A stretch of 64,000 bases of DNA from Myxococcota bacterium (lineage in GTDB: Bacteria > Myxococcota_A > UBA9160 > UBA6930), in contig OZ245015.1 in the NCBI GenBank assembly GCA_965223705.1, positions 4,478,234 through 4,542,233 of the forward strand. The letters run 5' to 3'. A program made the position numbers and the translations under genes. The notes beneath the pieces were generated by a model. The model was not told the DNA's origin, ran no database searches, and worked only from the letters and a program-made list of their open reading frames with translations. The stretch's first letter is position 1, and each line of letters begins with the position of its first letter. Positions 28,056 to 36,868 of the stretch are shown in pieces.

Positions 28056-29315
28056 CTAGGCGGGGGCTGCCACAGCGCGACCCCGCGAACGCCCTCGCGA
28101 CTTCGAACGGCGGCGATGATCCGGGCGGTTCTTGGGGAGCGGATCTTTCGAAGCGGCCACGCGCGGCGCCGCTTCTCGTGCAATCTCCCTGCGGATCAGC
28201 CGCTCGATGCCGGCCAGCGCGGAACGTTCATCTCGGGCGCATAGCGTCAAGGCGATTCCGCTGGCTCCAGCGCGCCCTGTGCGACCGATGCGATGGACGT
28301 ATGTCTCCGGCTCGGTGGGCAAGTCGTAGTTCACGACCGTATCGATGTTCTCGACGTGGATACCGCGCGCCGCGACGTCCGTCGCGACGAGCACCGGGGT
28401 CCCGCCGGTTCGGAAATCTTCCAGCGTCCGCACCCGTGTCGTCTGCGCTTTGTCTCCGTGGATCGCCGCGGCCTTGAAGCCCTGGCGCGTGAGACTCTTC
28501 GCGAGACGATCCGCTCGGCGTTTCGTGCGTGTGAAGACCAGGGTGCGAGCCGATGTCGCGTCGCTGAGCAATTTGACCAGCACGCCGAGTTTGTAGGGCC
28601 CTTCGACAAAGAGCGCTTTTTGCTCGATCGGCTCGACCGTCGACGCGATGGGATCCACCGCGATCTCGATGGGCTTGTACAAAAGACGAGCTGCGAGCTG
28701 TCGAATCTCTCGCGGTTGCGTCGCCGAGAACAGCAGCGTTTGCCGCTTTTTCGGAAGCGCTTCGGTGACGCGACGAACGTCGGGCAGGAAACCCATGTCG
28801 AGCATGCGGTCCGCCTCATCGAGGACGTACATCTCAACGTGGGAGAGATCTACGACACCGTCCTGCATCAAGTCGAGTAGGCGCCCCGGTGTCGCGACCA
28901 AGACGTCGATACCGCGCTTGAGCGCATCGACCTGGGGGCGCTTGCCGACGCCCCCGAACACAACCGCACAGCGGATGCGATCGCCCGGGTAGTAACTGTT
29001 GAAGCTCTCGGCGACTTGCGCGGCCAGCTCTCGAGTCGGTGTCAACACGAGCGCGCGGATCGGTCGATTCCGCTCGGGTTCGATGCACAGGAGCTCGTCC
29101 AAGATGGGCAGCGCAAAAGCCGCGGTCTTTCCGGTGCCGGTTTGCGCCGAGGCCAAGAGGTCGCGCGCCTCGAGGGCGTGCGGAATGGCCGCGCGTTGGA
29201 TCGGGGTGGGCTCCGTGAAGCCCAGTTGTTTCAGGTTGGAAAGCAATTCGGGGTCGAGGTCCAGGTCCTCGAACCCTCGCCCTGTCGGGGCGTTTGGGGT
29301 TGTCTCGATGGTCAA
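28056..29315 (-). CDS. DEAD-box RNA helicase (RhlE-like)
   Basis: AQTGTGKT, PTRELA, DEAD, SAT, HRIGRTGR. Confidence 0.96.
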   Translation of the reverse strand: MTIETTPNAPTGRGFEDLDLDPELLSNLKQLGFTEPTPIQRAAIPHALEARDLLASAQTGTGKTAAFALPILDELLCIEPERNRPIRALVLTPTRELAAQVAESFNSYYPGDRIRCAVVFGGVGKRPQVDALKRGIDVLVATPGRLLDLMQDGVVDLSHVEMYVLDEADRMLDMGFLPDVRRVTEALPKKRQTLLFSATQPREIRQLAARLLYKPIEIAVDPIASTVEPIEQKALFVEGPYKLGVLVKLLSDATSARTLVFTRTKRRADRLAKSLTRQGFKAAAIHGDKAQTTRVRTLEDFRTGGTPVLVATDVAARGIHVENIDTVVNYDLPTEPETYVHRIGRTGRAGASGIALTLCARDERSALAGIERLIRREIAREAAPRVAASKDPLPKNRPDHRRRSKSRGRSRGRAVAAPA

Positions 29316-29482
29316 ATTGAGTGTCCTGTTGGTACGTGCCGCTGGCGGGAGAGAAAGGCCCGCTCTCGGAGGGCGGCGGGTAATCCGCTCGGGCGGTGAT
29401 GCCCGGCGAGGCGGCTCCTCATCGAAGCCGCCGGGAACATACGCAACATCGGCCCGTCGCGCCTTCGACCTGAGTCCGACCC

Positions 29483-29971
29483 CTAGTTGACCGCTTCTTC
29501 GGGGCGCCGTTGCTCGGACTCATACAGCGCTTCCAGGCGGGCCGCCGTGTCGGGATCCAGCGGATTGAAGCGCACACCCATCCCCGGCGTGCCCGCTTCC
29601 CCGTCGTCGAGGTTCACGTGGTTCGCGACCACGACGCCCTCCACGGAGAGGGGTTCCTTTTCATCGACCAGGAGCAGCTTCAACGCCACCGTCGACCCCA
29701 CGGGGAGGGGTGCCAGGGTTCGGATGAACACGCCGCCTTTCGAGAGATTCGTCACCACGGACGACGCGGAGCCGCTTTGTCCGACTACCGAGCAGACGAG
29801 GTGCGTGGGGACCCGAAGCGATGCGCGACGGTCGGGCTTCTGCCCCGTCATCCGGTCGAGAGCGTCTTTGTAGTGCGCCCAGCGCTCGAGGTCCGGTACC
29901 GACAGGCCGCCGTTCTTTCGGCGCTTTTCGAGATTCGTGAACAGACGCAGTAAGTTGAGAGCATTGGCCAT
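29483..29971 (-). CDS. PilZ domain protein
   Basis: RRASLRVP, TNLSKGGVFI, GMGVRF. Confidence 0.85.
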   Translation of the reverse strand: MANALNLLRLFTNLEKRRKNGGLSVPDLERWAHYKDALDRMTGQKPDRRASLRVPTHLVCSVVGQSGSASSVVTNLSKGGVFIRTLAPLPVGSTVALKLLLVDEKEPLSVEGVVVANHVNLDDGEAGTPGMGVRFNPLDPDTAARLEALYESEQRRPEEAVN

Positions 29972-30175
29972 CGTGGGCACTCCTTTCGACAGCCGTTCGA
30001 CCCGCCCGGGTGAGGGTTAGGGCACTGGCTTTGCGTCACCGCGTTCCCACGGTTTTGCCGTTTCGGTGGAGCGCGACTGGGCCACGCTCTGCAAGAGGCT
30101 TTATCGTCCGACCCGCGCCTTGGATGAGGGTAAAATGACCCATATCACACTTTTTCCGATGCGCGCAGGACCCTC

Positions 30176-31303
30176 ATGAGCGACGGAACCCCGAAAGGCG
30201 CTTGCTGGCCGGACCGGCAGGACGCCCAGCTGCTTCGGGCTTGCTTGCTGCCCGACGGCCGAGGTGCCGAGGCCTACCGCCGCTGGCGGGCGTCGGTGGA
30301 TCTCAAGACCATGCGCCATCCGTGGCTGCGGCTGATGCCGCTGCTACAACACAACCTCGGCCGGCTGGGCATCGCGGACGCGGAGCAGGATCTTCTGCGT
30401 GGAGTCTTGCGCCAATCGTGGTTTACAGGCCAGGTCGCGACGGCTCGTGCCGCACCGATCCTGCAGCGGATGGACGCGAACGGGATACCCACCATGGTTC
30501 TCAAGGGTGCGGCTCTGGCCGAGCTCTACTACGAGAACCCCGCGTTGCGTCCCATGGAGGACTTGGACGTGTGCGTGCCGGTCGCGCGGGCGCCCGAGGC
30601 ATTCGCGCTGATGCAATCGGCGGGCTACCGGCCAGGCGATTACGGCTTTGAACCGACGTTTCCGACCTGTCAGCTCCGTTCCCATGCCTGGGGTTTTCGC
30701 GCGGAGAACGACCACGAGTTGGATTTGCACTGGCATGTCTTGCCCGCCGCCCGGTGGGACGACGCCGACCGAGGGTTCTGGGCCGACAGCCGGCCCTTCG
30801 AGCTGGGCTCCGTCGCCACGCGCACGCTATCGGCGGAAGACCATGTCCTGCACGCGTGCGTCCATGGAACGACTTGGAATCAAGGCCACATCCTCCACTG
30901 GATTGCCGACGTGGCGACGATTGTGCGGCGCGTGGGAGACCGCTTCGACCCTCGCGTGCTGATCGATCGAGCGCGGCAACTGGGCGTCGTGTCGCACCTG
31001 AAAGCCGGCCTGTCTTACGTGCACGGACTTCTCGACGTTTTGCCGCAACACGTGGTCGCGGCACTCCGACGCGTCCGTCCACAACTGAGCGATCGCGTGA
31101 GCTTCTTCTACCGTCGCAACGAACGCAGTTCGTCGGCAGGCGCGATGGCGTTGCAGCTCTTGTTCTGGCATCGCGAACGACACGCCCGTGCGAAAGACCG
31201 TTGGCTCTCCTTTCCGGCCTACCTTCGCGAGTATTGGCGGTGCGATTCCAACTGGTCCATGGCCCGCCGCGCGTTGCGTGCGATGAGCGGGAAGAGCGCA
31301 TGA
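30176..31303 (+). CDS. Nucleotidyltransferase family protein (NTP_transf_5-like)
   Basis: MVLKGAALA..Y..LRPMEDLDV, ELDLHW, HACVHG, WIADV. Confidence 0.85.
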   Translation: MSDGTPKGACWPDRQDAQLLRACLLPDGRGAEAYRRWRASVDLKTMRHPWLRLMPLLQHNLGRLGIADAEQDLLRGVLRQSWFTGQVATARAAPILQRMDANGIPTMVLKGAALAELYYENPALRPMEDLDVCVPVARAPEAFALMQSAGYRPGDYGFEPTFPTCQLRSHAWGFRAENDHELDLHWHVLPAARWDDADRGFWADSRPFELGSVATRTLSAEDHVLHACVHGTTWNQGHILHWIADVATIVRRVGDRFDPRVLIDRARQLGVVSHLKAGLSYVHGLLDVLPQHVVAALRRVRPQLSDRVSFFYRRNERSSSAGAMALQLLFWHRERHARAKDRWLSFPAYLREYWRCDSNWSMARRALRAMSGKSA

Positions 31304-31980
31304 AAACTCGAGCCGACGCCGCAATCAGTGTGATCATCCCGGTCCACAACCGCGAGGCCTTGCTCCCCGAGACCCTGGCGTCGGTTTGGGCTCAGACGCT
31401 CGCGCCGGCCGAAGTCATCGTGGTCGACGACGGCTCGACCGACAACTCCGTGCGGGTGGCGAAGCGCTGGCGCCCTCACGTCCGAGTCGCGTCGCAGTCG
31501 CAACAGGGACCGGGCGCGGCCCGCAACGCGGGCATCGCCTTGGCGTCCGGTGATCTGCTGGCCTTTGTCGACTCCGACGATCTATGGCCCGAAGATAAAC
31601 TCGAGAAGCAGGCCGCTGTCCTTGCAGAGCGACCCGAACTGGACATGGTCTTCGGTGCCGTTGAACAGTTTGCCGACCCCGACGTGACGGAGCGCGGGGG
31701 AGCTTTCGATCCGACGGCGGCGTCGATGGCTCCGCATGTCGGTACCTTGGTCGCCCGGCGCCACTGTTTCGAACGCGCCGGTTCGTTCAATCCAAAGTGG
31801 AAAAACGGCGAATTCATCGACTGGTTCGGTCGCGCCCAAGATGCCGGGTTACGCCACGAGGTGTTGCCATGCCGCCTGCTGCGCCGCCGTATTCACGCCG
31901 GCAATTTGATGCGTCAGACCGGAGACGAACTCGACTACGCCCGCATCCTGAAAGCCGCAATCGATCGACGCAGGGGCTGA
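31300..31980 (+). CDS. GT2 glycosyltransferase
   Basis: SVIIPVHN, VVDDGSTD, AARNAG, FVDSDD. Confidence 0.92.
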   Translation: MKTRADAAISVIIPVHNREALLPETLASVWAQTLAPAEVIVVDDGSTDNSVRVAKRWRPHVRVASQSQQGPGAARNAGIALASGDLLAFVDSDDLWPEDKLEKQAAVLAERPELDMVFGAVEQFADPDVTERGGAFDPTAASMAPHVGTLVARRHCFERAGSFNPKWKNGEFIDWFGRAQDAGLRHEVLPCRLLRRRIHAGNLMRQTGDELDYARILKAAIDRRRG

Positions 31981-32017
31981 GCACCTGCCCGCGTTTTGTG
32001 GCATAAACGAGGGTCTT

Positions 32018-32512
32018 ATGCCGCGTTTCCTTCGCCCCGCCGGCCCACACATCTCGGTGTCCATCCTCGACGGCGAGCTCGTCGCTATCGACCTGGCATC
32101 CGGTAGCTACTACCACGCGGGGGTCGTCGGCGCCCAGATCTGGGAGCTCGCTTCGACGCAGGTAGAAGCGCAGGACATCGCGACCCGACTGGCGGACCGC
32201 TATCCCGGCGTCGACCAGGTGATCGATCACGTAGGTGCGTTTCTGGATCAACTGATCGAGAGCGGCCTGGTGAGCGAACACGAGACACCCGGGCCGGTCG
32301 ACGGGCCACCGTCGCAACCCGCCGAACCGCCGGCAGGCTCGGGCGCCTATGAGCCGCCCAATCTCGGTCGCTTCGACGACATGCAGCAACTGCTCCTGTT
32401 GGACCCGATCCACGATGTCGATCAGTCCGGGTGGCCTGTAAGCCATGAGAATGCCCCGACCGCCGACACGACGAAGGTTGCGGCGAAGGGCTCCTCCTCC
32501 GGAGCTTCGTGA
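32018..32512 (+). CDS. PqqD/RRE-domain protein with C-terminal leader-like tail
   Basis: LDGELVAIDLASGSYY..VGAQIWEL..FLDQLIESGLV RRE pattern, Pro-rich linker, then YEPPNLGRFDDMQQLLLLDPIHDVDQSGWP. Confidence 0.8.
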   Translation: MPRFLRPAGPHISVSILDGELVAIDLASGSYYHAGVVGAQIWELASTQVEAQDIATRLADRYPGVDQVIDHVGAFLDQLIESGLVSEHETPGPVDGPPSQPAEPPAGSGAYEPPNLGRFDDMQQLLLLDPIHDVDQSGWPVSHENAPTADTTKVAAKGSSSGAS

Positions 32513-33609
32513 CGCACAACCCGCCGGGTCCGGAATACCGCGCGTTTGTCGCTTCCCTGGTGGCACGTGCACGAGCCGCAATCGACAGCCACGCCGCGAA
32601 ACCCCGTACCTGCGAACCGGTGCAGCTGAGGCTGGACGACGATCGACTGGTCGTCCGCTGCGCTGGCGCAAGCGTCTCCGAGCGATTGCTCCCCGCCTTC
32701 GCAGGCCTCCTCTCTCCGCACCGAGAAGCAGGCGGCGAAACCGACGCGATACCTGCGGTGCCCGAAATTCTCGCGTTCGACACCGCGTCGAGCGGCATCC
32801 AACCGCCGCCCCCTCCTTTCCCGTTGCAGGCCATCCGCGAGCGCGGCGTCGTCGAAGCAGGGGATGGCTTGACCATGGCCTTCCAGGTGGGCGCCGACAC
32901 CTTGAGCGTCTGGGATGAAGGGCAGCAACGGGGTGTCTTCTGGACCCGGGATGCCGAAGCGTTGCCCTACTACGAGACGGGGGCTCCGCTGCGCCATCTG
33001 CTCCAGTGGTGGGGCGCCGGCCGCGGGTGGCAACTGGTACACGCTGCCGCGGTCGGCACGCGAGCCGGCGCCGCGCTACTCGTCGGCCCCGGGGGTTCGG
33101 GGAAATCCACCTGCGCACTGCGATGCCTGGGGTCGCGCCTTTCGTATCTGGCGGATGACTACTGCATGGTCCGGCGCGAACCGACCGCTCGGGTGCACGC
33201 CCTGTACACCACCGCCAAGGTCAAGAACGATTACACCACGCACGCTGCATCCCTTGCGAAAAGCCTCAGCTCGACCGCGCACATTCGGGCGGAAAAGCGG
33301 TTGTACTTCCTGCATCCTCAGCACGAGGAGCAACTGCTCGCGGCCGCTCCTCTCGCGATGATTCTGGTGCCGACCATCCGGACGCAAGGCGAACTGCGCA
33401 CCGAGCCTTTTCCGCGGGCGATGGCGCTCGCCGCATTGGCGCCGTCATCGATCTTCCAGGTCGCCGGCGCAGGTTCTTCTAGTTTTCGCTTTTTGACGAT
33501 GCTCGTCGCGGACCTTCCGTGTCGGCGTTTGTTGCTGGGCCCCGACATGGCTCACCTCTCCGAAGTCATCGAAGGCGCGCTCGCCGAAGCCTCGGAGGGT
33601 GGCTCATGA
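32509..33609 (+). CDS. HPr kinase-related P-loop kinase
   Basis: LVHAAAV, GPGGSGKST, YLADDY. Confidence 0.85.
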   Translation: MTHNPPGPEYRAFVASLVARARAAIDSHAAKPRTCEPVQLRLDDDRLVVRCAGASVSERLLPAFAGLLSPHREAGGETDAIPAVPEILAFDTASSGIQPPPPPFPLQAIRERGVVEAGDGLTMAFQVGADTLSVWDEGQQRGVFWTRDAEALPYYETGAPLRHLLQWWGAGRGWQLVHAAAVGTRAGAALLVGPGGSGKSTCALRCLGSRLSYLADDYCMVRREPTARVHALYTTAKVKNDYTTHAASLAKSLSSTAHIRAEKRLYFLHPQHEEQLLAAAPLAMILVPTIRTQGELRTEPFPRAMALAALAPSSIFQVAGAGSSSFRFLTMLVADLPCRRLLLGPDMAHLSEVIEGALAEASEGGS

Positions 33610-34331
33610 AACCGATCGTGTCCGTCATTATCCCGGCGTACAACGCAGCCGCGACCTTGCAGCGGAGCGTCGATTCCGTGCTGAGCCAGGATGTCGACAA
33701 GATGGAAATTCTGGTCGTTGACGACGGCTCGACTGACGACACACCGAAGGTAGCGACACAACCAGCGCTGCGGCTTTTCAGCCAGAGCAATCGCGGACCC
33801 GCCGCCGCGCGGAATCGCGGCATTGCGGAAAGTCGCGCGGATCTCGTTGCGTTCCTCGACGCAGACGACACATGGCCCGCCGGCGCGCTGCGACACCAGC
33901 TCGCGATGATGCAACGCGACGAGAGCGTCGACGTGCTCTTGGGTCACACCGATCACGCTCCACTGGCGGGCGGCACGCCCGGTCGCTTTTTGACGTTTCT
34001 GATCGGTGCCGCGTTGTTCCGCCGCACGGTCTTTGATCGCGTAGGAATGTTCAACGAGGAGCTCCGCCGCGGCGAAGACGTCGATTGGTTCATGCGCGCG
34101 CGCGAAGTACCGATCAACTTGCGTATCAGCGAGCGCACAACACTCACGTATTGCCACGATACGCGCCGGCCGGATAGTCCGGCGCAAGCCGGGCCCGAGG
34201 TGCTTGCCGCGATGCTGAAACGTTCTCTCGATCGAAGGAAGAGCGTCGGCGAGGCGACGGACTTGCCCCCGATGGACGCCGCGCGGCCCCTCCCGCGCAA
34301 GGCCCGCGAACCGGGCAGCCGCGATGGATGA
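33606..34331 (+). CDS. GT2 glycosyltransferase
   Basis: SVIIPAYN, VVDDGSTD, FLDADD, GEDVDW. Confidence 0.92.
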   Translation: MKPIVSVIIPAYNAAATLQRSVDSVLSQDVDKMEILVVDDGSTDDTPKVATQPALRLFSQSNRGPAAARNRGIAESRADLVAFLDADDTWPAGALRHQLAMMQRDESVDVLLGHTDHAPLAGGTPGRFLTFLIGAALFRRTVFDRVGMFNEELRRGEDVDWFMRAREVPINLRISERTTLTYCHDTRRPDSPAQAGPEVLAAMLKRSLDRRKSVGEATDLPPMDAARPLPRKAREPGSRDG

Positions 34332-35010
34332 AGTCGTCCCTGTAAGCTTGGTCGTCGCGGTTCGCAACGGCGAGGATTTCATCGCCGAAGCGCTCGAGAG
34401 CGCGACTCGCGGGCCATGCGTTCCTGCGGAGATTCTGGTCGTAGACGGGCATTCCCGGGACAACACACGCGCCATTGCCGAAAGCTTCCCGCGCGTACGG
34501 TCGGTTGTGCAGCGCGGAAATGGGATCTCCGACGCCTACAACCAGGGCATTCGAGAAGCTCGTTGCGACCTGATCGCGTTCTTATCCCACGACGACAAGT
34601 GGGCCCCTGACAAACTGGCGACGCAACTCCGCCACCTCCGGGAGTCGCCGACGACGGACGCGGTCGTCGGGCGCGCCCGCCATTTCCTGCAGCCGGGGCA
34701 CGCCCTCCCGGCGGGCTTTCGGCCCGAGCTGCTGCGCCAAGACGTGGACGCGTTCATCATGGAGACATTGCTGGCTCCCCGATCGACGTTTGACCGTGTG
34801 GGTCCCTTCGACACGACGCTTCACACGGCACACGATGTGGACTGGTTCTCACGGGCGCGGGACATGGGCCTTCGAATCGACGTCGTGGCATCGGCGCTCG
34901 TACACAAACGCGTCCACGGTGCGAACAGTTCGTTGAGCGCGCAAGACAACACCGCTCAACTGATGCGCGTGGCGCACGCCGCCATCCGGCGCAAGCGCGA
35001 CGGCGGCTAG
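34324..35010 (+). CDS. GT2 glycosyltransferase
   Basis: VVAVRNGE, VVDGHSRD, FLSHDD, HDVDWF. Confidence 0.88.
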   Translation: MDEVVPVSLVVAVRNGEDFIAEALESATRGPCVPAEILVVDGHSRDNTRAIAESFPRVRSVVQRGNGISDAYNQGIREARCDLIAFLSHDDKWAPDKLATQLRHLRESPTTDAVVGRARHFLQPGHALPAGFRPELLRQDVDAFIMETLLAPRSTFDRVGPFDTTLHTAHDVDWFSRARDMGLRIDVVASALVHKRVHGANSSLSAQDNTAQLMRVAHAAIRRKRDGG

Positions 35011-35020
35011 GGCTGTGGGC

Positions 35021-36316
35021 TCACGCCTTGGGGAGGTCTTGAATTTCTGATTGCAGCCACAGCTTGCAGGCGATCAGAGCCCGGAAGCTGTGGTAGCTCG
35101 ACTTCCACGGAAAACTCATCCAACCACACGGCTCTCCGTACACGCCGCGGATCAGCGGTCGACCGCGCGAATCGACGTTGTAGTACCACTCTCCCAATCG
35201 AGGATGACGCTGCTTGGTGTCTAGCCACTCGAGCACCCGGTCAAACATGGTGAGGAACTCGGGCTCGCTCGACAATCGGTAGGCGACCATCAAACCGTTG
35301 AGCGCTTCAAACTGGGTCCAGATGTTTGCCGTCTTTTTTCGAGGGCGCCCCGTGAGCGGCGCTCCCGAGTAATACCACTTGCCCAAGCGCCGATCGAAGG
35401 CCCGCCGACTGGTGCTTCGGGCCAGGGCGAGAAGAGGCTCGGTGATCTGCTCGTCGTCTTGCCACCCGAGACGAGAAGCGGATTGCCAGAGCAAATAAAC
35501 GACCTCGATGTCATGTCCGTACTCGACCTCGTGATGGTCGATCAGCGTCCAATCTTCTCGGTACGCCTTCGAGCAGAACGTTTCTCCGGACATGTGTACG
35601 ATGGCCTTCTGACCGATCAGCTCCACCTGTCTCTCGAAGACCCGCTGGGACGGCGCCAGGCCCGGGTGGGCGTTCTGCTGATTCGCCTCGAACAACTCCC
35701 CGACGGCCTCTAGGAGGTGCATCTGCGTGTTGATCTCTTTGGGCTCTCTGGACCAGCCTCCCGGGTAGCGCGTCTCGTCGAAACCATTTTCAGGGTCCCA
35801 AGATTCTCGGACCACTTTTTCAAAGACGCGATTGACCAGTTCCAAAGCTTCCGAACCCGACTCTCGACCCGAGAAGGCGGTCGCAAAGTTCGAGAGACCG
35901 AAGATGCAAAAAGCTACGGGGTAGTGGTGTACTTGACCCTGCCCCGGTTCACCCTCGGCCGAAACCCTGCGGTGGAACCAGTTCGATGCCGGATCGTAAA
36001 AACAGTCGCGGACGAAACGGAACTGCTGATGGCAGATTCGAGCAATGGATTCTGAGCTCTCGATGAAGCGAAAGATCTGGGAGAACGACCACAGATGCCT
36101 GACTTGCTGAATCAAGTCCTTGTCGGCGCCCGGTACGGGTCGACCTTCCAGATCGACTAAGCCGTAGAAACCCCCGTTCGCCTCATCCACCCGCGCCCGC
36201 CAAAAAGAGAGGCTTTCCCGGAGCATCCGGGAGAGAAGTCGGTGGCGGGATTCCAGGAAGTGGCGGTCGAGCGCGGTCGGGGCGTGACGCCGCTTGAGCC
36301 CGAGCCGGGAAGCCAC
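35021..36316 (-). CDS. AGE-family epimerase/isomerase (cellobiose 2-epimerase-like)
   Basis: NGGFYG, QQVRHLWSFS, NTQMHLLEA, YGHDIE, WKSSYH. Confidence 0.88.
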   Translation of the reverse strand: MASRLGLKRRHAPTALDRHFLESRHRLLSRMLRESLSFWRARVDEANGGFYGLVDLEGRPVPGADKDLIQQVRHLWSFSQIFRFIESSESIARICHQQFRFVRDCFYDPASNWFHRRVSAEGEPGQGQVHHYPVAFCIFGLSNFATAFSGRESGSEALELVNRVFEKVVRESWDPENGFDETRYPGGWSREPKEINTQMHLLEAVGELFEANQQNAHPGLAPSQRVFERQVELIGQKAIVHMSGETFCSKAYREDWTLIDHHEVEYGHDIEVVYLLWQSASRLGWQDDEQITEPLLALARSTSRRAFDRRLGKWYYSGAPLTGRPRKKTANIWTQFEALNGLMVAYRLSSEPEFLTMFDRVLEWLDTKQRHPRLGEWYYNVDSRGRPLIRGVYGEPCGWMSFPWKSSYHSFRALIACKLWLQSEIQDLPKA

Positions 36317-36336
36317 GCGGGAGAGAAGGGGGGGCG

Positions 36337-36768
36337 TCAGTCAGCCAACTCGGCGGCAAGTTCGGTCACAGTGACGCAACCGCAGACCTGCCCATCATCA
36401 TCGAGAAATTCGACGAGCGTGTCATCCACCCCGCGAAAACTCGCGTAGGCCATTGCACCATTGGGAAAGAACTCTTCGTGTTCGTCGTTTGCGGGCTGGT
36501 AGTAGTAGTCCCCGGGTTTGTACACGCAATCCAGGGTGAGGTTGTGGACCTCGCCCTCGAGCACAAGCGCGTGGGATTCGCAGCGATGGCGATGCAGACC
36601 GGAGCGGTAACCCGGAGCGAGCTTGAAGATCAGCTCGGCGAAATGTCGCTCTACGTCCACGGCGAGTACCTTGATCGCGACACCCTCGGCGGCCTCACAC
36701 CAGCCGGCGTCGCGGGTCGGGCCCTTCGCGATTTGTAGGGTCTGCGGAAATGATGCGGCGGCACTCAT
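36337..36768 (-). CDS. Cupin protein (2,4'-dihydroxyacetophenone dioxygenase/ChrR-like)
   Basis: GLHRH..PGDYYYQPANDEH. Confidence 0.78.
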   Translation of the reverse strand: MSAAASFPQTLQIAKGPTRDAGWCEAAEGVAIKVLAVDVERHFAELIFKLAPGYRSGLHRHRCESHALVLEGEVHNLTLDCVYKPGDYYYQPANDEHEEFFPNGAMAYASFRGVDDTLVEFLDDDGQVCGCVTVTELAAELAD

Positions 36769-36840
36769 CGATCGTCCTTCCTTCGAGCGGGTCTCTGCAG
36801 TATCTCCGAAACGGTGGGCGAGATCCACACGCGCACGGCT

Positions 36841-36856
36841 CGGCATGACTCTTGCT
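36841..36856 (+). promoter_or_regulatory. Sigma-54 promoter (-24/-12)
   Basis: CGGCAT-GACTC-TTGCT just upstream of ATG 36869. Confidence 0.7.
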
Positions 36857-36868
36857 GACAATCGACGT

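Noticed and set aside
30176..35010. Lasso peptide or PQQ biosynthetic cluster
   Set aside because: No asparagine-synthetase-like cyclase, transglutaminase-like B2 or pqqBCE in the window
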